Shown here in pieces: positions 28,655 to 39,433 of a stretch of DNA of 64,000 nucleotides. The notes beneath the pieces were generated by a model. The model was not told where the DNA came from. It saw only the letters and a list, made by a program, of their open reading frames with translations, and searched no databases. This DNA comes from an uncultured virus (IMG/VR IMGVR_UViG_3300031993_000050). Lineage: Duplodnaviria > Heunggongvirae > Uroviricota > Caudoviricetes. The translations under genes and the position numbers were made by a program. Location of the stretch: IMG/VR virus record IMGVR_UViG_3300031993_000050; one strand, written 5' to 3'. Position 1 is the stretch's first letter. Each line of letters opens with the position of its first letter.

Positions 28655-29152
28655 TTATTTAACCGCTTTGAAGAAGAGGATATCGGATGCGGCTTTAGGA
28701 GCACGAACTACGAATCCTAATACTTCTGCGCCGAGTTTGCCTTCTGTACCTGCTTCTGTACCTAATACGCCATCAGCGTTTAAGTAAAGAGGTACGCCAG
28801 CTTGGGCATTGATTACATCTTCTGCAAATACTGCACCACGGCTGTCGTCCCATACGCGGAATTGACCGCCGAGGATGAAAGAAGCCACTGTGAAGTGTTT
28901 GAATGTACGATCGATGGTCTCATAGAAACCATTGAACGGTAAGAATTTTGTATCATCAGCTGCTAAGCCGATGTCTTGGAAGTCGTCACCACCTTTTGCA
29001 GGTTTTACGACTGGAAGTGCCGCACCTTCTTCGGTTACGAATTTTACATAACGACCAGAAACGATGTGGTTTTCTTCTAAGATAGCACCGGTTGCTTCCA
29101 CTTTCGGAGGAAGACCAACGGTACGACCTAATTCTAATGCTGCATTGATCAT
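28655..29152 (-). CDS. putative capsid decoration/cement protein
   Basis: 165 aa between scaffold and capsid; G.PLYLNADG.L...LGFV motif. Confidence 0.6.
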   Translation of the reverse strand: MINAALELGRTVGLPPKVEATGAILEENHIVSGRYVKFVTEEGAALPVVKPAKGGDDFQDIGLAADDTKFLPFNGFYETIDRTFKHFTVASFILGGQFRVWDDSRGAVFAEDVINAQAGVPLYLNADGVLGTEAGTEGKLGAEVLGFVVRAPKAASDILFFKAVK

Positions 29153-29174
29153 ATTATTATAATCTCCTTATGAT

Positions 29175-30857
29175 TTAGTCCCAACCAAACAATTTGAGCA
29201 AGCGGTCTGTTTCGTTTTCCGCATTTGCTGATGCTTTGATGGTAAGAGCTTGGCTAGATGACGCTGATGTGGTCATAGCAGGGGTGCTCACGCCTTTCAA
29301 GCTGTTCATATAAGCATCCAATTGTGTTGAGTTCATACCAAATAAATATTTGGCTTGTTTATCGATTGAGGCTGCCATGGCACGGCCATTTGCTGCTTCA
29401 ATTGAGAGCCCTTCTTTAAGTGAAGCTACACGTACTTGTTCATCAGCTTTGATGAAACCTTTGTTGCACATTAAAGCTACACACTCTTTTACTTTTGCAG
29501 ATTTCTCTTTGATTGCTGCTTCAGTTTTCAAAGTATCGATCTGTTTGAGTAATGCTTCTTTTTCAGAGGCTTGCTTTTTGATTGTATCTTCGTAAGAAGC
29601 AATCAATTTGCGGTCTGTCTCTTCCTCTACTTTGATAGAGTTCTTAGCATGTGCTGACTCTTCGGTGTTGTTGCTCACTTTTTCAGAGCGGTTATCAGCA
29701 CCATCGAGTAACAATTTGTCGCTTGGAATTTCACCATTCTCGGTTACACCGGGAACATTGTACTCGGCTTTCTTTGCAATGGCTTCATTCGCTGCGGCTT
29801 GTGCTTTTTTACCTTCTTCCGGGATCAGGTTTTTATCGGTTGTTACATCGCCTTCACCTGATGCTTTGGAGTGTGAGGATTTAGGGTTATCTTTGAATTT
29901 CCCTGTACCTGCCCACTCAGGACTGTAATGTGCTACTACTTGTAATACGGCTGCTGTGGTTGAAAGAACATCATGCACTTTGTTAGCTGCAAATGATGCT
30001 ACCACTGCTTTACCGAATTCTTCACTTGTTGCATACGCTGAACGAACTTCATCTGTATCGATGTGCTCGCCAAACGCTGCTTTGATGTTGAATGATGCAA
30101 ATTCTTGATTGCTCTTTGAATCTTTAATCATCCAAACACTGTCGCCAACGCTGGCTTTTTTATCCAATGTGGCAACTAAGTTAGCATACACGCCACAAGC
30201 TGGGGCGGCTGCTAAGTCACCCTCGGGAGCTTCTGCAGGAGCTGCTGCGATTGCAGTGGCTGCTTCTGCTACAGGCGGTACTGGAGCTGTAGTTTCAATT
30301 TGTTGAACTTCAGCTACTGTTTCTTTACCTAAGAACGGAAATGCTGATTTCAAAGCATCTAAAGCTGCTTTACAAGCAGGATCTTGGCATGCTTCTACAG
30401 CTTTTACTGCTTCTTCTAAAGCAGATTTCTGTTCCGGTTTTAATTGACCGTCTTTTTTCTCACCGGGTTTTTCGTCTTTTTTACCGTCTTCAGGTTTAGC
30501 TTCCGGTTTCTCATCTGATTTCTCAGTAGATTTTTCCTCAGCTTTGCCTTCTTCCGGTTTTTCTTCTTTGGCTGGGGCTTGAGCACCTTCGGTTTCTACA
30601 GTTGCGGTTTCTTCCACTTCTGCTACCGCTTCTTTAGCGGCTGTTTCCGGAGTTGCAGCGGCCTCTGCCGTTTCTTGGATTTGATCCATGTTTTTCTCCT
30701 CGGCTTCTGATGTAATTTGTACTTCCTCTTCAGCATTAACTGCTACATTCTCCGTGTTATCAGAAGCTGTTTTCTCTAAATTTTGACCGGTAACTGCGGC
30801 CAATTTCTTTAACAAATCGTCTGCAAAGCTAGACGCCTTGTTGTTTAATTCACTCAT
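29175..30857 (-). CDS. capsid scaffold/core protein
   Basis: Likely start ATG 30857 (ATGA overlap, SD AGGAG); Glu/Ala/Lys-rich, C-terminal coiled coil; between protease and capsid. Confidence 0.65.
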   Translation of the reverse strand: MSELNNKASSFADDLLKKLAAVTGQNLEKTASDNTENVAVNAEEEVQITSEAEEKNMDQIQETAEAAATPETAAKEAVAEVEETATVETEGAQAPAKEEKPEEGKAEEKSTEKSDEKPEAKPEDGKKDEKPGEKKDGQLKPEQKSALEEAVKAVEACQDPACKAALDALKSAFPFLGKETVAEVQQIETTAPVPPVAEAATAIAAAPAEAPEGDLAAAPACGVYANLVATLDKKASVGDSVWMIKDSKSNQEFASFNIKAAFGEHIDTDEVRSAYATSEEFGKAVVASFAANKVHDVLSTTAAVLQVVAHYSPEWAGTGKFKDNPKSSHSKASGEGDVTTDKNLIPEEGKKAQAAANEAIAKKAEYNVPGVTENGEIPSDKLLLDGADNRSEKVSNNTEESAHAKNSIKVEEETDRKLIASYEDTIKKQASEKEALLKQIDTLKTEAAIKEKSAKVKECVALMCNKGFIKADEQVRVASLKEGLSIEAANGRAMAASIDKQAKYLFGMNSTQLDAYMNSLKGVSTPAMTTSASSSQALTIKASANAENETDRLLKLFGWD

Positions 30858-33800
30858 TTCTTGTTCTCCTTGTTCGTTAACAGTACTTTCTTGGCGTCTG
30901 TAGCCCAAGCAGTAAGTTTTTCTTCTAACGAACTAACAAAATCTTTTATTCCTTCTACGTCTTTTTTACCAGCCTCGGATAAATCCTGAGGCAAGCTATC
31001 AACAATTGGAGTGATAGCATACAGGTAGACTGGTATGTTTTGTTCCAAATGTTTCTCAATTTTACAGGAACCAACAGGTACTTTTTTACCATTTGGTAAT
31101 GTAAATGAGATTTCATACTCAAAAGGTTCACATTCAGTTACAGAGTCGAAGAACTCTTCAGTATTCGGTTCGTTCTTTGCATCAATTTCAGTTTCGAGCG
31201 TATCTTCTGTTATAGCTGCGTCTTCAATTGTTTCTGCAGATTGTGCACCGATTGAAACAAAAATCTTGTTCATAACATCTGATAATGATGTACCAGAGCC
31301 ACTTTTTGACTTACCCTTAATATCTGACCCGGACACAGTGTATGAAAAATTCTCTCCGGATCTAAGTAATTCAACTTTATATGGATGCTTACCATATTGC
31401 TCATTTGTTGGCGTAAGTTCCATAACTAACTGAACAGAATTATCATCTTTGGAAGCAAGGAAAGGAGCACTTAATGCAAACTCAAAACCTTTTGTAATTT
31501 TTGATGTTCTATTCTGCTCGTTTAATTTCTTTAAGCTAAGCACTTTTACATGGAATTCATTGTTTGGCCCGATATCAAACTCAGGTAAACCTTGACCATT
31601 AAAAGAAACGTCATCGTTCTTTTCTTGTTTAGTTTCTTCCTTTTGTTCACCAGCTGCCGGTTGTTCGCTTGCTTTTTGTTCCGATTGCTCTTGTTTTTCT
31701 TCTGTCTTTTGTTCTTTCGGAGCAAAACGTTTTAATGCAGCAGCATAAAAAGCCTCACCAAACCGTTTGTTACCAAGTGTTTCGCCTAATGTAATAAATT
31801 CATCAGCATGTACTTCCAAAAATCTGCGAATTTGCTCTGGTGTATATTTGCTAAAAGCAGAACCAAAAGCTTTTGAATTGGCTAATGTACCAAACATGTT
31901 TATGGCCATATCAACTAATTCGTCTTTATTGCTTGGGAATACACCATTGTACTCAGTGTTTAATTTGCCTTCAACTACGTGTCTGATTGCACGTAATAAA
32001 CGTTGCAACATCTCTGGTTTAACACGTTTAACTAATAAATCTGGGTCATCCTCTGCAACCTTTTCTTTTTTGGCTTTGGGTTCTTCTTTTACTTCCTCAG
32101 CTTTAGGTTGCTCTTCTGTTTTAGCAGATTGGTCTTCCTTAACTTCCTGCTCCGGCTCTGCTTCCTCTTCAGTATATTCAAAATCTTCTGGGTAAGCAGC
32201 TACTCCATTTTTAATAGTGGAGCTCATTTGTTTAGCAATCTGATCTGCATGCTCACTTGGTAAAATCTCTACCAAGGCATTTTCTACAACAGGTGCTAAC
32301 TCCTCACGAGCTTTCTCAGAATATTCAGGATTCTTTAATCCTTTTTCATCAAATAAAGCGTTAATGTCATTTGCCATGTCAGCAGGGTTGCTATCACCAC
32401 TAATACCCTCTGCTAAAATCTGTTTAATTCCTTCACTGATTTCTGTCTTAAACGCTTCATATTTCTCATCTACTTTAGGAGCTTCCTCTACAGGTTTAGC
32501 TGCTTCCTCAGTAGGTTTATCGGTGAATAAAGCTTTTACTGCTTTTTTCTCTTCTGGGTTTGTTGGATTAAATTGTTTACGAATCTGCTTAATTACCTTA
32601 TCGCTATATTCAGAACGATATTTATCAGCAAACTCTTTGTTATCACCAAAAGAGTCATCAATTGCCTTGTTAAAATCTGCTTTCAATTGCTCGTTATCAA
32701 TGTCTTTAATATCCTGTGAAAGATATTCTGTCATGGCAACAGCAATTGCTTCATTTACTTTAGGAAGAAGTGCCTTAAACTCTTCTTCTTCTTTTTTAAG
32801 TTGGCGTTTAGTTTTCTTAGCAGGTTTTGCTTTTTTTGCTGTTTGTTCAGCATTAAATTGCTCTACGCCACCAAGGTCGCCATCATCGTTGTCAGGATTG
32901 ATTTTATTAGCCTCTTTACCCGCAGTTTGCACGGTTTCCTTGACATTTTTATCAAGTTCTTTAAGGGCTGTATCACTGTTACGTTTTTCGGCTACCTCAC
33001 CTACACTAGGTCCATACTCATCACGATAAATATTACGAAGAATAGCGTGTACCTCTGGAGGGAATGCTGTTAGATCTAAATCTTTTGATCTCGTATTTGT
33101 CTCAGCTGCTTTGTCAAATACCTCTTTTACCTCTTTTGGCAATGACTTACGTACGCGTTGAGCATATTTGTTTAATTTATCTTTAAGTGCTAAATACTCT
33201 TTTTGCTTGTCAGTTTTTTCGTTTTCAACATCCGGCTTCTCTTCAGTAATAGGCTTTTCTTCTGAAGCAGGTTTTTCTTCCTTTTTAGGTTCTTCATCAC
33301 CCCAGCCAGATAGGTCAAAATATACATCTTTAAGAGGTTCTTCATTGGCTACATTATGAGTATTTTTTGGTAACTCACTGCGTCTACCATCTTCACCATC
33401 ATATTCATTTGAAATCTGTTGTAATCTATCTGATAAATAACTACGTAATCCTTGTTGTGTAGCTTTTATTTTTGATTTAGGGTTCTCGGAACTAAGGTTC
33501 TGACAGATACTATTCCATTTGTCAGTAGGGAAAGTAAACGATACTTCGCTTACTGAACCATCATCACCACTGCTTGTTGTAGTTGTTGTAATTCCATCAT
33601 CACCTACTAAATAGGAAACAAGTTCTTTAACTGTATCTTCATCATAAGAATTATCACCAAAAGAGAGTTTTACAGTAAAATTTTTACCCTCTCCTGCTGC
33701 TTTCCTTGAAATAGAAAGATTGATAGGGTCTGTATTGCTAAGCCATGGACAATATACTTCATTGGATGCAGCTGTTTTTACGAGTGTATTCTTATAAGCT

Positions 33801-34840
33801 GCTTCTTTCTCTGGTAATACAACACCAGTTGTCATAGTCAAACCGAATACAGCAACAGCTTCTTCAACAAACTTCTCTGGATTTTCTACATCTGGAGCAA
33901 ACAGAATTTTTACAGTTTTGTCCGTTACATCGAGTTCTACGATGCCTTTATTTATGTATGGCTCCAAAATATAGTAGAAAAAGTCTGCCTTTTCTGGTGA
34001 AGAACAGTCTAATTGGTAGTACCCAGTATCTCTATTTATGGCCTCAACATACTCTCCAGTGTTTGCAGGTGTCTCTGTTGAAGGTTTTTGTTCCTCTGCA
34101 GGAGCATCTACAATAACTGTTTCTTCCACATTAGAAGGCGGTACAACGGTGTCAGACTGGTCTTCAGCTGTCTTATCAATACCGCCTTGCTGATTAAATA
34201 CTTTGTGCATCTTGGCAGTAGGATCTGCCGGGACTGACACTAAGGACAGCTCGGTAAACTCTACACCGTGGTTGATTGAATAGTTTGGTTGGCCTGTATA
34301 CGGATCAATATACCGCCCTAAGTTAGCAAGGTGCTCGCAAAACTCGGATTCACGAGTTGCTCTGTGGTGGCATACTGAACATTCTGCTTCTTTTACGTTA
34401 GCACCCATTGACACTGAATCGATAATACCGTCCTCGATCTTCATGGCAATATCTGGGTGGATCTGACGATCTACTTTGAATAAGCACGCAACGTATGTGT
34501 AGCCTTCATCGTCTTGACGAAGCTCGGCGGCTACAATTTTACCTACTGCGTTACGTACAGATTGTGTATTGTGGTCTAAGAAAATGTTGCGTCCAACGAA
34601 GGTAGGATATGCACGTTGGATCTCTTCCATTGGGAACAAGTCCCAGTTTTTGTTAGGAACTTCAGCTGTAACGGCACGGGCGATAGCATAGACAAAACGA
34701 GGGTCCTTCTGCTCAACAATAGATTTGCTGAAAGAATTCCCTAAATCTTGGTTCAAAGCTGCTGCTTTGATTTTTATTCCGCCTTTTGGTGCATATGTCG
34801 CCAAAATAGGCATTGATTGATTCGAATGTATATAAAACAT
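30854..34840 (-). CDS. prohead (maturation) protease fused to a ~1100-aa acidic/Lys-rich region
   Basis: N-terminal PNKNWDLF, IFLDH, AVGKIV, SVSMG, CSVC...CEH, FTELSLVSVPADP protease motifs. Confidence 0.8.
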   Translation of the reverse strand: MFYIHSNQSMPILATYAPKGGIKIKAAALNQDLGNSFSKSIVEQKDPRFVYAIARAVTAEVPNKNWDLFPMEEIQRAYPTFVGRNIFLDHNTQSVRNAVGKIVAAELRQDDEGYTYVACLFKVDRQIHPDIAMKIEDGIIDSVSMGANVKEAECSVCHHRATRESEFCEHLANLGRYIDPYTGQPNYSINHGVEFTELSLVSVPADPTAKMHKVFNQQGGIDKTAEDQSDTVVPPSNVEETVIVDAPAEEQKPSTETPANTGEYVEAINRDTGYYQLDCSSPEKADFFYYILEPYINKGIVELDVTDKTVKILFAPDVENPEKFVEEAVAVFGLTMTTGVVLPEKEAAYKNTLVKTAASNEVYCPWLSNTDPINLSISRKAAGEGKNFTVKLSFGDNSYDEDTVKELVSYLVGDDGITTTTTSSGDDGSVSEVSFTFPTDKWNSICQNLSSENPKSKIKATQQGLRSYLSDRLQQISNEYDGEDGRRSELPKNTHNVANEEPLKDVYFDLSGWGDEEPKKEEKPASEEKPITEEKPDVENEKTDKQKEYLALKDKLNKYAQRVRKSLPKEVKEVFDKAAETNTRSKDLDLTAFPPEVHAILRNIYRDEYGPSVGEVAEKRNSDTALKELDKNVKETVQTAGKEANKINPDNDDGDLGGVEQFNAEQTAKKAKPAKKTKRQLKKEEEEFKALLPKVNEAIAVAMTEYLSQDIKDIDNEQLKADFNKAIDDSFGDNKEFADKYRSEYSDKVIKQIRKQFNPTNPEEKKAVKALFTDKPTEEAAKPVEEAPKVDEKYEAFKTEISEGIKQILAEGISGDSNPADMANDINALFDEKGLKNPEYSEKAREELAPVVENALVEILPSEHADQIAKQMSSTIKNGVAAYPEDFEYTEEEAEPEQEVKEDQSAKTEEQPKAEEVKEEPKAKKEKVAEDDPDLLVKRVKPEMLQRLLRAIRHVVEGKLNTEYNGVFPSNKDELVDMAINMFGTLANSKAFGSAFSKYTPEQIRRFLEVHADEFITLGETLGNKRFGEAFYAAALKRFAPKEQKTEEKQEQSEQKASEQPAAGEQKEETKQEKNDDVSFNGQGLPEFDIGPNNEFHVKVLSLKKLNEQNRTSKITKGFEFALSAPFLASKDDNSVQLVMELTPTNEQYGKHPYKVELLRSGENFSYTVSGSDIKGKSKSGSGTSLSDVMNKIFVSIGAQSAETIEDAAITEDTLETEIDAKNEPNTEEFFDSVTECEPFEYEISFTLPNGKKVPVGSCKIEKHLEQNIPVYLYAITPIVDSLPQDLSEAGKKDVEGIKDFVSSLEEKLTAWATDAKKVLLTNKENKK

Positions 34841-35302
34841 TTAACCTGCCCGAGTTACAAGTATCATGTCTTCGCTATCAGTGCTCTTAAATACGAGTAA
34901 ATGGCATTTACAGCCAACATGACTCCAATTATAAATAGGAGCGTTTTTATAAATCTCCACAATCGGTTCCAGTTCAAACTTCTGGAGTCCGTTTGCATCA
35001 AAATCAGGTTGTTTTTCACCTGTTTCTTGGTTTACTACGAACTTTAAGTTCTTTCTAAACCCTAAAAAATTTGCTAAATCGAGTCCACCGTCCTGGTTTA
35101 CTTGCTCTTCAATATGAGCACACAACGGACATGGGCTTCCAAGATCCTCTGCATTGACCCACCGCACCTTATCATAGCCGTTCCTGAGCAAGTCATACAG
35201 CTTTGCATAAGAATTGTCGGTCGCAACCGCGATTTTACTTAGAGGTATCAAGATCGGAGCTCTTTTTGAAAGCTGTTCCGACCACTCTTGGAAGGAGCTC
35301 AT
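34841..35302 (-). CDS. Mu gpF/SPP1 gp7-like minor head protein
   Basis: W...CPLC and SHVGCKC motifs; lies between portal and protease. Confidence 0.6.
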   Translation of the reverse strand: MSSFQEWSEQLSKRAPILIPLSKIAVATDNSYAKLYDLLRNGYDKVRWVNAEDLGSPCPLCAHIEEQVNQDGGLDLANFLGFRKNLKFVVNQETGEKQPDFDANGLQKFELEPIVEIYKNAPIYNWSHVGCKCHLLVFKSTDSEDMILVTRAG

Positions 35303-35531
35303 CTGTTGGTGTCCTCGTAATTTTGCTCAAATCATACATATTGAGCGTATCGTTCATAATGGAAATACCATTATACGATGCTTTCTTTACTAGTTTAATA
35401 AACTGTGCTAATTTCTTCTGATCGTCAGGAAACAGCGATTTAGCAATATCAAGGATATTACCCATGATATGCTTCTGCACGCCGACTTTAATCAGTGCAC
35501 TTATGTTATTTTCGTCGTTAAATTGATTCAT
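35235..35531 (-). CDS. hypothetical protein
   Basis: 98 aa; first gene after motif copy 4. Confidence 0.55.
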   Translation of the reverse strand: MNQFNDENNISALIKVGVQKHIMGNILDIAKSLFPDDQKKLAQFIKLVKKASYNGISIMNDTLNMYDLSKITRTPTDELLPRVVGTAFKKSSDLDTSK

Positions 35532-35547
35532 TTGAAACTGTTCCCCT

Positions 35548-35569
35548 CTACTAACAACCTATGTGTTCA
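35548..35569 (-). promoter_or_regulatory. phage-specific promoter-like motif, copy 4
   Basis: TGAACACATAGGTTGTTAGTAG, abutting a terminator U-tract. Confidence 0.8.
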
Positions 35570-35605
35570 AAAAATAAGCCCCAACCAGAACAAACTGGCT
35601 GGGGC
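35569..35605 (-). terminator. rho-independent terminator after the portal unit
   Basis: GCCCCAGCCAG-TTTGTT-CTGGTTGGGGC-TTATTTTTT on the minus strand. Confidence 0.8.
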
Positions 35606-35627
35606 CATGGAATTAGCAGCAATGGAG

Positions 35628-35723
35628 CTAATTAGATTCTTCTTTTTTCTCGTCGGTTTCTGGCTTAATTTCGCCTTCACGCACGACGCTAATGCGAGTT
35701 ACTTCGCCTCTTTTTTGTAACAT
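35628..35723 (-). CDS. putative 31-aa small protein
   Basis: ATG 35723 with strong SD AAGGAGAG right after the portal stop; MLQKRGEVTRISVVREGEIKPETDEKKEESN. Confidence 0.4.
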   Translation of the reverse strand: MLQKRGEVTRISVVREGEIKPETDEKKEESN

Positions 35724-35733
35724 AAATCTCTCC

Positions 35734-37464
35734 TTAGACGTTCGTCTCACCGCCGGTACCGCCCGCGCTGGCTTCACCGCCAACTGAGGTATCCGTGGGG
35801 GTTTCACTTTCGGAATTACCGCCACCTAAGGCAAAGTCACGTAATTCTTGATTGCCTTTACCGTCGGTAACATTTCCTGTTGCACCACCTGTGCCAGTAG
35901 GAGATGCGTTACCTGTACCTTTTGATACTGTCCCTGGGTTTCTTCCTAAACGACGATCTTGTTTGTCAAAGATTGTGCCTTTTTCATCTTCGAGACGTGT
36001 CATTTCGAGTGTATAGTCGAACTTCTCTGGGCATTTCTCAAATAATGACATAGTGGAAATTAAACCGTCTTTCCACATTTTGTAGCACATATCAAACTTC
36101 TCTTTATCTTGTTCTGGTTGTAAAGAGAGTTCCCAAACAAGATCAGGTACAATGTATTGTCCTTCCTCATCTACTAAGTTATTTGCTCTAGCAATAGGAA
36201 GTAAGATATTGATTTTTACAAAGTTTGCAAATAAGTCACGAACAACTGAATACTCACGTATTAAACGGTTAAGTGAAATGGTCTTACCTTGTACATTCGG
36301 ACCTTCACCAAGCACAACCGCTTTATTTACGCCTAAACCGACCAGGATTTGGTTTTCTACGTATCCCAGGTCATTGTATATATCCAACAGCTTACCAGAC
36401 ACGCCAAGGGCTTCATATTTCAAATAAGGGCCATATACGATTGAGTACGGAGGCTGTTGTGTAGCGTTTGTAATCATTGTACGTACTTCTTCGAGCATTT
36501 CTGGGCCAGGAAGGATGGATGATTGCTCATCATTACCTAAGTGACCTACAGTCCATAACTCGATTGGTAACTGTGTTTTTTGAGCAACTGCGATTTGTGA
36601 CATACGCAATTGATCTGCATAGATTAAATCTTTGAATAACGACTGAATAATTGATGTACCACGAGAAGAAGAAACATCAGTTCTACGGGCAAATACGAAT
36701 ACTTTTGCAGGTGAATATTTCTGACCAGTAAATACGTTTTCTTCTGTACCTTCTGTATCAAGTGGTAGCTTCTTGTTATTTTGTACTGCGTCTAACAGCA
36801 TCGGGTCAATATCACGACGACCTTGCATGATAGCATCTTTAATGGTCTTTTTCATCTCTACTGTTGGGATGAGTTCAATCGTTGCATGACCGGTAAATAA
36901 GTCTTCTTTGTATTCTACCAAGGCTGGATCAATCAATGTGAAACGGTTCCAAGTACGACGTGCTGCGTTCCAATCACCCCACATTACTGCCTCACCATAT
37001 TTATAATAAGACAAAGCTACATCTAATGTGAATTGATACCAGTCAAATGTTTGGTTGTGGAATAATAAGGTGTTAAAAAGTTTTGTGATGTTTGGATCTT
37101 TGTACTGAAGTTTGAAACGAGAAAATCCGTACTGTGCATGCATGTTTAAGATGGAGTGGATGTACGGATTTAAGTTATAATAAATCTTGCAGAAACGTAA
37201 GGTTTCAACACGTGATTTCGGCAACAACCAAGAATCTGGTGTTAACTCAGGTGAGTACCAGAATGTAGGCTGTTGAATTGAGTTTCCACCAACCATACCT
37301 GCATAATCGGCTTGTTTAGCCATTACAGAATTGTTAGTAGAACCATGGATCATGAGCGGGGCCGGAATCGGGTCACTCATTTTAGCTGGTGCAAATGTTT
37401 TTAATTTCGGTGCGTCTGCAGTTTTTCCAAGTCCTGCTTGATTACCTTTGATTATCTCCATCAC
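35734..37464 (-). CDS. portal protein
   Basis: 576 aa downstream of terminase; YYKYGEA, RGTSII..LF..L, ILVGLGV patterns; disordered Gly/Thr tail. Confidence 0.8.
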   Translation of the reverse strand: MMEIIKGNQAGLGKTADAPKLKTFAPAKMSDPIPAPLMIHGSTNNSVMAKQADYAGMVGGNSIQQPTFWYSPELTPDSWLLPKSRVETLRFCKIYYNLNPYIHSILNMHAQYGFSRFKLQYKDPNITKLFNTLLFHNQTFDWYQFTLDVALSYYKYGEAVMWGDWNAARRTWNRFTLIDPALVEYKEDLFTGHATIELIPTVEMKKTIKDAIMQGRRDIDPMLLDAVQNNKKLPLDTEGTEENVFTGQKYSPAKVFVFARRTDVSSSRGTSIIQSLFKDLIYADQLRMSQIAVAQKTQLPIELWTVGHLGNDEQSSILPGPEMLEEVRTMITNATQQPPYSIVYGPYLKYEALGVSGKLLDIYNDLGYVENQILVGLGVNKAVVLGEGPNVQGKTISLNRLIREYSVVRDLFANFVKINILLPIARANNLVDEEGQYIVPDLVWELSLQPEQDKEKFDMCYKMWKDGLISTMSLFEKCPEKFDYTLEMTRLEDEKGTIFDKQDRRLGRNPGTVSKGTGNASPTGTGGATGNVTDGKGNQELRDFALGGGNSESETPTDTSVGGEASAGGTGGETNV

Positions 37465-37808
37465 TAATCTCCAATCTTCTTAACATCACGCTCGAAGTTG
37501 TTTATTTTATCAATAGCAGATCGGATGCTCCACGATATATTTTCAAGTAATTCAACGATCTCTTTTTTACGCTGTTCGAAGCCTTCGACGTTGACGCCTA
37601 CATACTTGTCGTGTATTTGTCTGATGAACTCATCAATCCCAGCGAGGCCCTCTTTGGTGCCCTTACGTAAAATATACAACTTTTCGATGGAAACATACAA
37701 GTCCTCTAAAGAACGTTTTGCTTCCTCTTCCTTATCTAAAATTTCTTCATTGGTAGCCATCTCTTGTCTGATGATGGAATCTACCACGGTTGATGCTTCG
37801 TTTTCCAT
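37464..37808 (-). CDS. hypothetical helical protein
   Basis: 114 aa, coupled between terminase and portal. Confidence 0.6.
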   Translation of the reverse strand: MENEASTVVDSIIRQEMATNEEILDKEEEAKRSLEDLYVSIEKLYILRKGTKEGLAGIDEFIRQIHDKYVGVNVEGFEQRKKEIVELLENISWSIRSAIDKINNFERDVKKIGD

Positions 37809-39433
37809 TATTTGTTACCTCCCCAGTACTTGCGGAGACCTGCAGGCATGTTGCGGTTTGCACCACCCTGCGAGAAACGATTCATTGTTGTACTCCCACT
37901 TATATTAGGAGAAACCAACCGTTCCAATAAGCCACGGCGTGTAATTCTACGAAGCTCATCTTGCATCTTATCAGCAGCCCAAACTGCCAACACACATGCG
38001 TTACAAGCATCGTCGTGTTCATCGGTATTTGCCGGAGCTGCAATCTGAACGTTTCCGTTCGTATTAACCTTACGCTCCAAGGCTGACCACTCTTCCATAT
38101 GTTTCTTTAACAAGTAGTTTGTAGCCATATCGTGGGCACATGGGTACTTAAAGTAACCCGACCGTAACTCAGTAAATAAATTGTCAAACAATGCCATCTT
38201 ATACGGCATGCCTGTAGATGGTTCAGAAGCCCGATAGCGAATACCTGCAATAGGTAAACCAGATCTGCTCAAAATATCTACAACTGCTGGACCCAATGAT
38301 CCGTAATCTGCTGTTCCAAACCGACACTTAAATCTCCCTTCCGTTGGATGGATTACAGCAATGATTTCCTCCATTTGGTCTACAATGTCACCCTGCCACT
38401 CCTCGCAACGAACAACTTCTTTCATCCCATCCGGATGCTTACGAACTACTACCAATGAGGAGTAGTCCCTTTTAATACCTTGGTTAATCAACAAACCACC
38501 TGCTAAGTCTAAACCAAAGTAATACTCTTCGCCTTCTACACCGACTTGCATATACTTGTGTTCACCAACCATCGACTCTAAATCCTTATCTGTTAAGAAC
38601 TTAGATATTGAGTCCACCCATTTCATTTCATACTGAGTATCAAAATCCTCTTCTGAGATGTTATTCTCTGACGGAAAATGATATTCCGGATGGTTAGGGA
38701 ACCTTGCCTGCTTATACGATAGAGGCATATCGTTAATAATCGTGGTGGGGTAATCAACACCATCGATTGTTGTTGTACCTGCGTTAAACAAGTTCTCACA
38801 CTTGTCCCATGGGTAGACCAAGTTGGTCCACGTTGGGTTATGGCAGGACTCATAAAAATGGTTTCTAAAGAGCGAAATACCAATCTTGATTACCTTAGGA
38901 TTGGCAGCTGCTTTCAACATTGGGCTGATTTTCTTGTTGTAGAAATCAGAGGAAACCGCGTGGGCCTCGTCGATAACTACCATTGGAGCGTGGTAACCTT
39001 CTACCTGTGTTCCATCAGCCGCACCCAGAGCACGCATTCTGGATCCATTAAAAAACTTAAAATCTGCTTTATTACTATTTGCCCAGTCAATCTCTTTATA
39101 TAGCGTGTCTTTACATTTGTTACATATTGACTGAATCTGCTCTAAAATACGAGTAGCCTGTGCAGCTTTAGGAGCGAAGAAGATAACTTCATAATCAGGG
39201 TTATCAATGCACATCTTGGTTGTACCCAACGCAACGGCATAAGTTTTCCCTGCGGAACGAGCAGCCAATATCGTTATGTTTCTGTGCTTTTCATCGCAAA
39301 TGGTATTTATAATTTCGATTTGGTTCTTGTACAAATCGACTCCCATCTGCTTTGCCCAATTAACGACTGAACTGTTCATTTCGCACGCGAGTACTGCACG
39401 TTCGAATAACAACTCAACTATGGGTTTCTTCAT
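37808..39433 (-). CDS. terL: terminase large subunit
   Basis: Walker A ARSAGKT, Walker B VVIDEAH, nuclease GLDLAG and HDDAC. Confidence 0.93.
   Translation of the reverse strand: MKKPIVELLFERAVLACEMNSSVVNWAKQMGVDLYKNQIEIINTICDEKHRNITILAARSAGKTYAVALGTTKMCIDNPDYEVIFFAPKAAQATRILEQIQSICNKCKDTLYKEIDWANSNKADFKFFNGSRMRALGAADGTQVEGYHAPMVVIDEAHAVSSDFYNKKISPMLKAAANPKVIKIGISLFRNHFYESCHNPTWTNLVYPWDKCENLFNAGTTTIDGVDYPTTIINDMPLSYKQARFPNHPEYHFPSENNISEEDFDTQYEMKWVDSISKFLTDKDLESMVGEHKYMQVGVEGEEYYFGLDLAGGLLINQGIKRDYSSLVVVRKHPDGMKEVVRCEEWQGDIVDQMEEIIAVIHPTEGRFKCRFGTADYGSLGPAVVDILSRSGLPIAGIRYRASEPSTGMPYKMALFDNLFTELRSGYFKYPCAHDMATNYLLKKHMEEWSALERKVNTNGNVQIAAPANTDEHDDACNACVLAVWAADKMQDELRRITRRGLLERLVSPNISGSTTMNRFSQGGANRNMPAGLRKYWGGNK

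Noticed and set aside
35628..35825. 65-aa ORF overlapping the portal 3' end
   Set aside because: The upstream start lies inside the portal gene; only the 31-aa version from ATG 35723 has an SD.
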